Sequence record: AP018399.1
Length of the DNA stretch: 64,000 nucleotides
Direction: 5' to 3' (one strand)
The notes beneath the pieces were generated by a model. It did not search any database. It was not told the origin of the DNA and saw only the letters and a program-made list of their open reading frames with translations. The first letter of the stretch is position 1. Each line of letters starts with the position of its first letter. The position numbers and the translations under genes are program-made. Shown here piece by piece: positions 9,833 to 18,497 of this stretch.

Positions 9833-10281
9833 TTCAATTCTGTTTTGAGCTTCTTAACCTGTTCCTTATCGTAACCAAGTTCATCGGCCATTTCAAGGAT
9901 ATCGTCTTCGCTCAATTGCTTCTTGTATCGCAGTGCATCTTTCTTGCTGCACTGATAGTAGGCCGAGATTGCCGCAATAGCGGTCGGGGCACTCTTGTCC
10001 TTGCTCTTTTTCTTAATCCAAGTATATCGCTTGCTCTTACCGTCCGAGGTAGCCACCATCAGCTTGTACAGCAGGCCGGGATGACGATGCAGCTTGAATA
10101 CCATCGGGTTAAGGATGGAGTTCTGTAGCTGGGTCTGTAGCTTGGTTCCACTGGACAGCCAACGCATGGTCAAGAGCGGGACGAACTGCTTCTTGTGTTC
10201 GTCGCTCAGACCGTCATAGAAACCGACATTCCTCTTGTCGATTTCTTTGAGTACGTCGAAGATTTCCAGTTTGTCGCTCAT
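9829..10281 (-). CDS. gp62: Clamp loader small subunit (T4 gp62-like)
   Basis: Helical protein with ...YTWIKK...ISAYYQCSKKDALRYKKQLS pattern typical of gp62; in operon with gp44; start set to ATG 10281 (ATGA overlap). Confidence 0.65.
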   Translation of the reverse strand: MSDKLEIFDVLKEIDKRNVGFYDGLSDEHKKQFVPLLTMRWLSSGTKLQTQLQNSILNPMVFKLHRHPGLLYKLMVATSDGKSKRYTWIKKKSKDKSAPTAIAAISAYYQCSKKDALRYKKQLSEDDILEMADELGYDKEQVKKLKTELK

Positions 10282-10607
10282 TTCTCTCTCGGGATGGATA
10301 GCTTGGCATTGCAGAACTTGCATTCAATGTACGTTTCCTTGTGAACCAGTGAGTTCTTCGGGTGGATACATTCCTTGACCATCTGCTTGCGTAGTACCTG
10401 AATCTTATCTAGCACTTCTTGACGTTGAGCCGTCAACGCTAGGATTTGGTCTTCGATTGGCTGCATTTCAACAACCATTTCCTCAATCTTCTTCTGGCGA
10501 CGAGTCCAAGACAATTTCTCGTTCTTGTCCTTGATGTTCGCCACGTTCTTGAGGTCGCGTTCCTGCTTGTCCTTGTCAGCAATTGTAGGTGCATTCATCA
10601 GGCTCAT
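10278..10607 (-). CDS. Hypothetical coiled-coil protein with C-terminal Cys/His motif
   Basis: Start reassigned to ATG 10607 (TAATG overlap with gp44 stop, GGAGG upstream); CIH...CKFC motif. Confidence 0.65.
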   Translation of the reverse strand: MSLMNAPTIADKDKQERDLKNVANIKDKNEKLSWTRRQKKIEEMVVEMQPIEDQILALTAQRQEVLDKIQVLRKQMVKECIHPKNSLVHKETYIECKFCNAKLSIPREK

Positions 10608-11539
10608 TATACGCCTCCTAGTCGAATCATCATAGCAGCAGCATTGATTTCCGGGTCTGCAACTTGCGAATGACGGAACAGGTGGTCGCCAATGATGACA
10701 ACGCCCTGACTCCAACGGTCGAAGTCGCCCTTGAACTTGCCTAGCTCATGTAGGTTGTCGTACAGGAAACGATAGACTTCATCCCACTCATCGTCCGACG
10801 TGACAGCGCTTAGGGCTTCACGTAGACCGGCGAAGTTGTCGCCTTCAATCATTTCAACCAGCTTCATCTGCCAATCAGAAATGTCTTCCTCGCGTTCATC
10901 AAACGGTAGTAGGTGACCATCAATTGAATTTTGGTCTAGCGTTTCGATGACGCGACGGAAGTCCGGATAGCAGGATTCGATGTAGGCTTCTAGGTTCTCA
11001 ATCGAACCAGCCTTTACCTTTTCCTTCTTTAGAATCGCAGCAGCACGCTCAAGCATCTGGTCCTTGTCCAGAGCCTTGTACTCTAGGGACTGGCAGCGTG
11101 AGTGTAGTTCTGGGATAACCTTGTTCGGCTTATTGCACGTTAGAATGAAGCGAGCGTTGTCCGAGAACTCTTCCATCATCGACTTGAGGGTACCCTGTGC
11201 AGCCGGAGTTAGACCATCGGCCTCGTCCAGTAGCACAATCTTGAACGGACCGTAGGCGAACGTCGAAATGAAGTTCTTGACCTTGGTGCGGATGGTTTCA
11301 ATGTTGTTGTCGTCCGAAGCATTCAGACTTAGGAAGTCCGAGTCTTCGACTTCCAGTAGATTCTTGAGTAGTAGCGCAAGAGAGGTCTTGCCGGTACCAC
11401 GATGACCCTTGAGGAAGATATGCGGGATATTCTTCTCGGTAACCCAACGTTCGACTAGAGCGCGGTGGGCTTCGTCCTTAAAGATGTAGTCGTCTAGGGT
11501 CTTTGGACGGTACTTGATGGACCAGAGTTGTTTTGCCAT
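10607..11539 (-). CDS. gp44: Clamp loader large subunit, RFC-like AAA+ ATPase (T4 gp44-like)
   Basis: WxxKYRPKTLDD, Walker A GHRGTGKT, LNASD, Walker B VLLDEAD, FILTCN, SRC motif. Confidence 0.92.
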   Translation of the reverse strand: MAKQLWSIKYRPKTLDDYIFKDEAHRALVERWVTEKNIPHIFLKGHRGTGKTSLALLLKNLLEVEDSDFLSLNASDDNNIETIRTKVKNFISTFAYGPFKIVLLDEADGLTPAAQGTLKSMMEEFSDNARFILTCNKPNKVIPELHSRCQSLEYKALDKDQMLERAAAILKKEKVKAGSIENLEAYIESCYPDFRRVIETLDQNSIDGHLLPFDEREEDISDWQMKLVEMIEGDNFAGLREALSAVTSDDEWDEVYRFLYDNLHELGKFKGDFDRWSQGVVIIGDHLFRHSQVADPEINAAAMMIRLGGV

Positions 11540-11568
11540 TTAAAATAATACCTCAACGTATGCCGGGT

Positions 11569-11596
11569 ATTATACATGAAAACGGCCGCTAATCAA
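11569..11596 (-). promoter_or_regulatory. Sigma70-like promoter TTGATT-16-TATAAT
   Basis: Near-consensus hexamers upstream of gp44. Confidence 0.55.
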
Positions 11597-12438
11597 GCGG
11601 CCGGGTTTTCATTTAGGATTTGAGTGGTAGGTTCTGGGGTTGGAGTTGGTTCCGGTTCCTTAGCCTGATTGACTTTCTTGTCAATGTATTGCTTTAAGGA
11701 ATCCATATTGACTTCCTGCTTTGGCCCCTCTTTGGCTTCCAATGCCTTTTGTTTTTCTTCCTTGCGTATCTTTATAGCCATGTTGGTAGCTACGGTCAGA
11801 GCAACAGCAAGAGGGTCAAAGACAGAAATCAAAATGATTACAAACCAGAAGACCGCAGCGTTCGGGTCTTTGCCCATAACTTCGGCAATAAACATGATAG
11901 GGCCGACCTTGGCCTTCACTGTCACATGCTGCTGTTCTAGCTTCTGTAGCTCTGGGGTAATCTCCGCTAGACGGGTGTCTAGGGTCTTACGTTCCGTAGC
12001 AAACTCACGTACAAGACGCTGCTTGGCACGGACGTAGTTAGGACCAACATCGGCAATCTGCTTGTCAATCTGGGCCAGACGTTCAGTGATGCGAACCTTC
12101 TCTTCCTTTAGGCTGGTAATCTGCTGCGTCATTTCAGCCAGTGGAAGTGTATCCGACTGGTAGGCAGCGGTCAGGAACCCGAAGATGCCCATCGACGTGA
12201 TGAGCATCAGGACGAGAACGGCAGCACCAAGGTATGCCTTCATCCACAATCCAATTTTATTGGAGTAGCGGTATAGGAATGATGCTGCGACCAACTTACC
12301 GGCTTCCAGCGACGAACCCATGATGATTACCGGGATGAGTGCCCCGGTAAACAAATGAGCTAGACCGTAAACGGAAAAGTAAGCGGCGGATGCTGCAATC
12401 GCGAAGGTTGTCAGCAGCAAAACTATAATGAACGGCAT
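11593..12438 (-). CDS. Membrane protein: several N-terminal TM helices, coiled coil, C-terminal TM helix
   Basis: Hydrophobic segments in aa 1-90 and ~195-220 flanking a heptad-rich region. Confidence 0.7.
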   Translation of the reverse strand: MPFIIVLLLTTFAIAASAAYFSVYGLAHLFTGALIPVIIMGSSLEAGKLVAASFLYRYSNKIGLWMKAYLGAAVLVLMLITSMGIFGFLTAAYQSDTLPLAEMTQQITSLKEEKVRITERLAQIDKQIADVGPNYVRAKQRLVREFATERKTLDTRLAEITPELQKLEQQHVTVKAKVGPIMFIAEVMGKDPNAAVFWFVIILISVFDPLAVALTVATNMAIKIRKEEKQKALEAKEGPKQEVNMDSLKQYIDKKVNQAKEPEPTPTPEPTTQILNENPAA

Positions 12439-12749
12439 TAGATGATATCCGAAGGACGCTTGTCTGATGTTAGCTCAACATGAGCTTCGGCAGTACGCCA
12501 ATACTTCTTGCCTTCGTGTTCTACCGCAGTAGTCCACTTAAGAGGCTCAATCATGATGTAGTCACCCGGCTTGACATGCTTGCAGTCAGGGCCGACGACT
12601 TCGGCTAGACCCCAACGGGCCTTTGATGAATCATAGTCTGAGCCAGCAATCTTAAATCCCCAATCCGTCTCATTACGGAAGTAACCGTCACGAGTAGTCT
12701 GGACGAACGTAAATAGGATGCTGTCCTTGATGGGCTTCAACTCTGCCAT
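12438..12749 (-). CDS. GroES-like co-chaperonin (divergent)
   Basis: LKPIKDSILF start and GLAEVVGPDCKHVKPGDYIMI pattern resemble the GroES/gp31 fold. Confidence 0.6.
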   Translation of the reverse strand: MAELKPIKDSILFTFVQTTRDGYFRNETDWGFKIAGSDYDSSKARWGLAEVVGPDCKHVKPGDYIMIEPLKWTTAVEHEGKKYWRTAEAHVELTSDKRPSDII

Positions 12750-12751
12750 GA

Positions 12752-13102
12752 TTAGCCACCAGTCTTGATGATGCGACGCTTCTGCGGAGTGGCAGTCGGT
12801 TCAACTGCTTCCGGAGCCGAGACGATGGTATCTTCGATAACGACGTGAGGCTGGGCGTCTAGCTGTGCCTTCTTCTTACGACGTTCTTCTTCGATAGCCG
12901 CACGGACTGCCGATTCATTTACCTGCTGCGCGGCCAACATTTCATCGACCTTCTTGCGTGAACCACGACGGCGACGCTTGTCAATGAAACGCTCACGCTG
13001 GTGAACGGTTTCCGGTGTTGGAGCGGTCATAATCTTGTTCTTGATATCAATCAAGTCAAAGTCAACCACTTCGCCTCTAATGCTCTTTGCTTTTCTGCTC
13101 AT
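12752..13102 (-). CDS. Hypothetical protein
   Basis: Compact ORF in the operon, AGGA and ATAAATA upstream. Confidence 0.65.
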   Translation of the reverse strand: MSRKAKSIRGEVVDFDLIDIKNKIMTAPTPETVHQRERFIDKRRRRGSRKKVDEMLAAQQVNESAVRAAIEEERRKKKAQLDAQPHVVIEDTIVSAPEAVEPTATPQKRRIIKTGG

Positions 13103-13135
13103 GTATTTGTGTTCCTAGCGATTAACGTTTATTTA

Positions 13136-13684
13136 TTACCGGAAAAATTCGGATAGCTCCAAGCCATACTTGATTGAGTCCACATCATGTAGGCCAATCA
13201 GGTACAGACAATACGAACAGCATGAGCTTCCTCGGCCGGTTCCCCAGACGACACCGTTCTGTTCGAACTGCTCAACTATATAGATGACAACCCGTAGAAT
13301 ATCAAGTAGGTTGTATTCTTCGTACAATTTGAGTTCGTGGTCAACACGCTCAATGCGTTCGTCAATCTCGTCTTGGACAAAATCGTCCGTCTTTTCCAAT
13401 TCTTTAAGGAGCTTAGTGAACATATACTTGTTCACGTCAATCTCTTTGTACTTGTCTGGAATGTTCCAGCTTGTATCGACTGGCTTGATTTCGGACTTCT
13501 TGCCTAGCTGGCAATCCGGGTTCAACCCGTTGAACTGGCGAATGTCCTTGGTAAACTCAGTTACGAAGACAGAACTGTCCAGCGGATGGCCGGACAGTAT
13601 GAGGTCGTACAGAGCTTCCGGTTCAAAAGACGAATCCCCGTCGTACCAGAGGATTCGTCCATTGAGTTGCGTACCGTTATTCAT
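13136..13684 (-). CDS. Stand-alone fragment of DNA polymerase III alpha (DnaE palm segment)
   Basis: ERVDHELKLY..., VVWGTGRGSSCCSYCLYLIGLHDVDSIKYGLELSEFFR matches the DnaE G.GRGS..GSLVAY.LGIT.VDP....L.FERF motif; only 182 aa. Confidence 0.75.
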   Translation of the reverse strand: MNNGTQLNGRILWYDGDSSFEPEALYDLILSGHPLDSSVFVTEFTKDIRQFNGLNPDCQLGKKSEIKPVDTSWNIPDKYKEIDVNKYMFTKLLKELEKTDDFVQDEIDERIERVDHELKLYEEYNLLDILRVVIYIVEQFEQNGVVWGTGRGSSCCSYCLYLIGLHDVDSIKYGLELSEFFR

Positions 13685-14133
13685 TAATCGAACGAGCCGG
13701 AATAGCCCTTGCTGGTGTCGATGTTCGGCGTCTTGATTGCCTTCTGACCCGAACCTAGCGTTCCGTTCTTCGCAGCGTTATTCAACTGAGTTAGGCTCAT
13801 GTTGGCTTCGGCTGGAACTTCGTCCGGGTTAAACGGCGGATTCGCAGGCTCCGCACCCATCATCGACGGACCGACTGCTGGCTGGCCCATATCACCGCCA
13901 CCGTAGCCCGGAGGCGGCATCACTGGACCCGGAGCCACGGCTACAACCTTCTTAGCCACGCCACGGTCCTTGAGCTTGTAGATGATATCTACAATCATTT
14001 CCCACTGTTCCGCATTCGGAACCCAATCTTCACCCTGTAGCGAGTAAGCACCGGCAAGCCACATCTGGAATTCGGTGATTGACCAATCGGCCTTCTTGCT
14101 TAGGGGGTTTGTATTTTTCTTTTTAGCTGCCAT
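13684..14133 (-). CDS. Hypothetical protein (Pro/Gly-rich C-terminal half)
   Basis: Translationally coupled ORF (TAATG overlap). Confidence 0.7.
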   Translation of the reverse strand: MAAKKKNTNPLSKKADWSITEFQMWLAGAYSLQGEDWVPNAEQWEMIVDIIYKLKDRGVAKKVVAVAPGPVMPPPGYGGGDMGQPAVGPSMMGAEPANPPFNPDEVPAEANMSLTQLNNAAKNGTLGSGQKAIKTPNIDTSKGYSGSFD

Positions 14134-14148
14134 TACTGTTCTCCAAAA

Positions 14149-14637
14149 TTAAGGCAAAATGTCACCAACTGCACAATCCTTCAAGAGTTTCGTGTAGTTG
14201 TCAGTCGGCGAAATGCAGACCCAATGTGATGGGCCTACAGTGTGGCACAACATGACATTCTTGTTCATTGTAGGAGTATGTATCGTTCCATAAGTGTTGT
14301 AATCCACAACGGTCACAATGTTCTTCGTGACCTTGTTGTGCTTATGGTCGAATAGGAAAGCCGAGAAATCACCGCGAGTTAGCTCCGAGACTTCGATGAT
14401 ATCAATCTGCGAAGTCTCCGGGGAGTAAATCAGGATGTTCCAGTCGGCGGGAGCTTCCACAACATATCCACCTACGTTGAAAGCAATCACCGGAGTGGTG
14501 ATTTCTTCCAACATGACCAGTTCGTTAAGCATGAAGTCTCGGTCGTTAAGGTCGAGAACCCAGAAGTGGTCAGTGGACAATGGTGTGTCGATACTGTCTA
14601 GGAGTACCGGGTACGAATTCGCGTCTGAGATTACCAT
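14149..14637 (-). CDS. Hypothetical all-beta protein, possibly a degenerate HINT-like fold
   Basis: VIAFNVGGYVVEAPADWNILIY...IEVSELTRGD resembles HINT block B pattern without catalytic residues; own sigma70-like promoter. Confidence 0.55.
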   Translation of the reverse strand: MVISDANSYPVLLDSIDTPLSTDHFWVLDLNDRDFMLNELVMLEEITTPVIAFNVGGYVVEAPADWNILIYSPETSQIDIIEVSELTRGDFSAFLFDHKHNKVTKNIVTVVDYNTYGTIHTPTMNKNVMLCHTVGPSHWVCISPTDNYTKLLKDCAVGDILP

Positions 14638-14664
14638 TTGTTAAAAAATTCCATGCTGATGGTA

Positions 14665-16206
14665 TCAGTATACCACAGCGTCGGAATTCATGTCAAATGA
14701 TTTCGTATATTCAACTAGAATCTTGTCGAACTTATACTTTTGCTCATCGTAATACTTTTCGCGTTCCTTCAAGTGCTTCTGACCGAACTTCAAGTCACCG
14801 CACACGTCCCAGACGTTCACGGTGTCCTTGTCCTTGGCCTTACGCAGACCACGGCCAATCGACTGGATAATCTGGATGAAGCTCTTGCCCGCATCAATCA
14901 GGAATAGATTGAAGATACGCTTGATGTTTAGGCCGGTAGATGCTAGCTGGAAGGTAGAGACTACCACAACGTCATCATGCTCGGCAAACAGTGCGTAAAT
15001 CTTTTTACGTACTTCGGATTCGTCCTGACCGTAAACGAAGTAGGCATTCTCAATTGAATCAGCCAGCTTCTTGCCGAACGGGATGTTGTTGACCAGCACG
15101 AAAGCGTTACCGGTCTTCTTGACTTCCTGTTCAACCATGTTGGCGATGTATTCGATACGAGGCTTGGCCTTCTGCAAGTAATTCTTTTCAGCCGGATAGT
15201 CCGGGAAGAAATCTCGCTTGAATTGCTTGTACTTCATACCAGCCGCATCAGCCGGACGCTTTTCCTTAAAGTAATTCCATTCAGGAGTCAGGTCTTCCAC
15301 AAGCTGACGAACGTGTAGGTTCAGCTTGGCTAGCCAGCCCTTGTCGATTAGCTCACGGGCCGGAACGGTGTACTGAACGTCGCCAAGAACGTACTTGACT
15401 GACATAGCTTCTGCCGGTTCCTTCGGTAGCGTACCGGTCAAACCGATACGGACTAGGGATTCATTGGCATTCTCAAGTAGCATCTGCTTTAGAACATTAC
15501 CCTGCACACCATGACATTCGTCAACGATGACCACTTGGAACATACCAAGTAGCTGCGGGTTGTTTTGCAGCGATTGCCACGTTGAGACAACGTTGAATGC
15601 GTTTGGTTCCTTCACGTCACCGTAGTAACGGCCAACCGGAATGTCGAACACGGCGATATCCGCACTTGTCTGGTTAATCAAGTCCTTGTTCGGGACGATG
15701 ATGAGACAGCGGAAGTTGGTGTACTTGTTGTAAAGGTCAACCAGCGTAGCGGCACAGATGGACTTACCTGCACCAGTACCGGCAAGCAGGATACCGCCAC
15801 CGTTCTTGGTCAATGCGTTGACGCCATTGACTTGGTGTTCGCCCAATGTAATTGGATTACCGTCGCTGTCCTTGAACGCTTGGAAGTAGGTGTCGTCAAT
15901 CTCTGGGACAGCCGTGTTCGCAGGACTGCGCATATCCATCAGCTTCACCTTGTATCCCATTTCCTTTAGGTCAGGGATGATGTACGGAAGCAGATTGATG
16001 GAGGTCTTGCCGTTCTTGGAGAAGAATCGGGCTTTACCGTCCCAACGGCCAGTCTTGTATTGCGGCTTAAAGATATAGCCCTTGGTAAAAATACCAAAGG
16101 CGTTGTAGAAGTGGGTATAGTCTGCTGGTCTTAGACCAATTACAACTACGTTAACTTCATCTAGTATCTTGATTGTAGCTGTTAGCTTAGGTTCTGATGA
16201 CGACAT
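14665..16206 (-). CDS. uvsW: SF2 DNA helicase, UvsW-like
   Basis: AGTGAGKS Walker A, VDECH (DExH), GLTGT, STFQLASTGLNI, IQSIGRGLR motifs; next to uvsY and uvsX. Confidence 0.9.
   Translation of the reverse strand: MSSSEPKLTATIKILDEVNVVVIGLRPADYTHFYNAFGIFTKGYIFKPQYKTGRWDGKARFFSKNGKTSINLLPYIIPDLKEMGYKVKLMDMRSPANTAVPEIDDTYFQAFKDSDGNPITLGEHQVNGVNALTKNGGGILLAGTGAGKSICAATLVDLYNKYTNFRCLIIVPNKDLINQTSADIAVFDIPVGRYYGDVKEPNAFNVVSTWQSLQNNPQLLGMFQVVIVDECHGVQGNVLKQMLLENANESLVRIGLTGTLPKEPAEAMSVKYVLGDVQYTVPARELIDKGWLAKLNLHVRQLVEDLTPEWNYFKEKRPADAAGMKYKQFKRDFFPDYPAEKNYLQKAKPRIEYIANMVEQEVKKTGNAFVLVNNIPFGKKLADSIENAYFVYGQDESEVRKKIYALFAEHDDVVVVSTFQLASTGLNIKRIFNLFLIDAGKSFIQIIQSIGRGLRKAKDKDTVNVWDVCGDLKFGQKHLKEREKYYDEQKYKFDKILVEYTKSFDMNSDAVVY
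14667..14696 (-). promoter_or_regulatory. Sigma70-like promoter TTGACA-18-TATACT
   Basis: Near-consensus hexamers in the 3' end of uvsW, upstream of the 14637 start. Confidence 0.65.
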
Positions 16207-16651
16207 GCTCTAGTTCTTTCTCTCTAATCTTCACGATGTTGTTGAGCATGTAAGAGCGTGATTCAAAAGCCTTGACGACCTTGACGCACTTCATGTACTG
16301 CTCTTGGGCCATCAACAACAATTCGTGAACTTCCAAGAAGTCCGGGTTAGCATCCACCACCATGTTAATAGCAGAGTCCGTGTAAGCCTTCTGGGAAGTA
16401 TCCTTGATGTACTTGAAGAGTTCGCCGCGAACCTGATTCTCAATCATTTCCACGAAGTCAACCGTGTACTTGAGTTCCGCTGCAATTTCGTCATAGTAAG
16501 CGAGCCATGATGCGTGTTGAACGCAGCATAGCTCAAGGTTCTTGTTGTTGATTTCAAGATTGTCTTCCCATCCCTTCATACGCTCATCGGCGTCTAGGAT
16601 GTTCTTACCAATCTTTTCAATCTTCTTCTTCCAAGTCTTTGTCGTACTCAA
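16187..16651 (-). CDS. uvsY: Recombination mediator UvsY-like
   Basis: ~150-aa helical protein with ...AINMVVDANPDF...KAFESRSYMLNNIVK pattern; adjacent to UvsW. Confidence 0.65.
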   Translation of the reverse strand: MSTTKTWKKKIEKIGKNILDADERMKGWEDNLEINNKNLELCCVQHASWLAYYDEIAAELKYTVDFVEMIENQVRGELFKYIKDTSQKAYTDSAINMVVDANPDFLEVHELLLMAQEQYMKCVKVVKAFESRSYMLNNIVKIREKELEHVVIRT

Positions 16652-17241
16652 TTTACCGTTTCCACTTCAAACTTCTCGTAGAGCTTTAGCTTACGAATCT
16701 GCTCATCTGTGAGTCCGGCCGCTTCAAACCCAAGTACCGTTTCCGGTCTGGTAGCTGCGTCAACGACTTCGACCTTGGTAGGGTCATTCAAAATCTTGTT
16801 CTGATATTCTTCCGATACCTTGTCCAAGATTTTTGCCAATGCTTCGGGAGTGACTTCCATCGCTCCACCAATCTTGGCAATTCGGTTGATATGCTCAACC
16901 AATTCGTCGGTCGTTGCCAATTCCAACATAATTATTGGAAATGCGAACTTCACCAACTTATTGTATTCATTTACATTGGTTTCGTCAAGTAGAACTTCCT
17001 TGTCACCAATGTTGATGGTTTCACCAATCTCTAGGGCCATGAAGCCCGAGACTACAACTGCCTTGTCTGTTCCCTTGATGGAATCAATTGCTGTCCAAAT
17101 GATTCTACGACCGGGAGCATTGTAAATCTTTTGGAAAGCAGGCGTCAGGCGTTCGGAGAACTTATCAACGATTTCGTTGGTCTGGTTCGTGAACGTGGCG
17201 ACACGCTGTTCCAGTAGCTTTGCGATATTTCCTAGCGACAT
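16648..17241 (-). CDS. Hypothetical protein
   Basis: 197-aa ORF with AAGGA SD, ATGA overlap with uvsY. Confidence 0.75.
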   Translation of the reverse strand: MSLGNIAKLLEQRVATFTNQTNEIVDKFSERLTPAFQKIYNAPGRRIIWTAIDSIKGTDKAVVVSGFMALEIGETINIGDKEVLLDETNVNEYNKLVKFAFPIIMLELATTDELVEHINRIAKIGGAMEVTPEALAKILDKVSEEYQNKILNDPTKVEVVDAATRPETVLGFEAAGLTDEQIRKLKLYEKFEVETVN

Positions 17242-17256
17242 ATGATTCCTTAAGAC

Positions 17257-17280
17257 AGAGGGGAGGTTTCCCTCCCCTCT
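17257..17280 (-). terminator. Stem-loop downstream of uvsX (terminator or processing site)
   Basis: Perfect 10-bp stem AGAGGGGAGG/CCTCCCCTCT with 4-nt loop; weak U-tract. Confidence 0.55.
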
Positions 17281-17296
17281 TATTTACATTTAGAAC

Positions 17297-18430
17297 TTAG
17301 GCTGCGTCATCAGTCGCAGCGGCATCCATCAGCTTCTTCTTCCGCTGGTCCGACTTAGAGCCGTTACCATCGGTCGCTTCCACGATTTCGCCTTCTAGCT
17401 GTACGTCTAGGAATTCGCTTTCCTTCGCGATGCAGGCTTCTAGAACCTGTTCCTTCACTTCTTGCCAACCCTTATCGCCCGACCACTTAACGTCGGTACC
17501 TTCTAGGTAGTTCCATGCGCCGGAACCGGTGACAACACCTAGCATCTTGGCAGCGTCTAGTAGACCGTCATACGGGTCCATACCGGTTTCGTATGGGACT
17601 TCGACTGTGGCCGACTGGAACGGCTTGGTGAAGCGGGTCTTCATGCCGTATGCCTTTAGACGGATACCAGAATAATTGGTGTCCTTCTTGCCCGGAATCT
17701 TGGCACCAGACTCATCCTTAAGCATGAAGCGAGTGACAAGTAGAATCTGCGAGAACGCATACTTGGCCGATTCGGTGAACTTCCAAGCGGTCTGCGGGTT
17801 CTTCTGTAGCATCGGGTCTTGCTCTTGGAATACCTGCTTGGTACACACGATAGAAATGTTTAGGTTCTTGATATCGTGTACCCACGGTGCAAGCATGTCC
17901 TTAACCTGCTTGGCGTGCTGACCTTGGTCACCCTTGGTTTCGCCGCTTTCGTAGTTAGCTTCTTGCGAAGCAGTACGCAGCATGTCGATAGAGTCTAGGA
18001 TGATAAGGAACGGCTGGGTTTCCTTGTGTTCGCGGTACGACTTGATGAAGCCTGAAACCATCTTGGTGGCTTCTGGAATCGAAGAGATACCACGGTAGAA
18101 GTAGTCTTCACGTTCGGTATCAACGCCAAGACCCTGCATGAAGCCGTCGTCTAGTGCGTTCTCCGAGTCAAGGACTAGCAGACCTAGACCCTGCTTCTGG
18201 GCTTCGCGTGCAACGTTACCTGCAATGAAGCTCTTGCCCGCCGATGACGGACCGGTGATAGCCGCTAGGCGACCCTGACCGATACCACCACGGAACATAC
18301 CTGAAATAATCTTGTTGAGCGTGAAGTTGCCCAAGCTAATCCAATACTTCGGACGCTCGGACTTAACGGCGATACCAGATTCCTCTAGCTTCGCTTCTGA
18401 CTTACGTAGGTCTTTAAAAAATGATGACAT
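17297..18430 (-). CDS. uvsX: RecA-like recombinase (UvsX)
   Basis: Walker A GPSSAGKS, LDSENALD, IILDSI, GDQGQHAK, KTRF motifs. Confidence 0.92.
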   Translation of the reverse strand: MSSFFKDLRKSEAKLEESGIAVKSERPKYWISLGNFTLNKIISGMFRGGIGQGRLAAITGPSSAGKSFIAGNVAREAQKQGLGLLVLDSENALDDGFMQGLGVDTEREDYFYRGISSIPEATKMVSGFIKSYREHKETQPFLIILDSIDMLRTASQEANYESGETKGDQGQHAKQVKDMLAPWVHDIKNLNISIVCTKQVFQEQDPMLQKNPQTAWKFTESAKYAFSQILLVTRFMLKDESGAKIPGKKDTNYSGIRLKAYGMKTRFTKPFQSATVEVPYETGMDPYDGLLDAAKMLGVVTGSGAWNYLEGTDVKWSGDKGWQEVKEQVLEACIAKESEFLDVQLEGEIVEATDGNGSKSDQRKKKLMDAAATDDAA

Positions 18431-18451
18431 TGTGTATCCTGTTTAGAGAAA

Positions 18452-18477
18452 TTTAAGGGGCATTGCTGCCCCTTAAA
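18452..18477 (-). terminator. Rho-independent terminator after gp32
   Basis: 11-bp stem TTTAAGGGGCA/TGCCCCTTAAA followed by TTTCTC on minus strand. Confidence 0.7.
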
Positions 18478-18497
18478 ATGTGGAGGTATTGCGTGGA

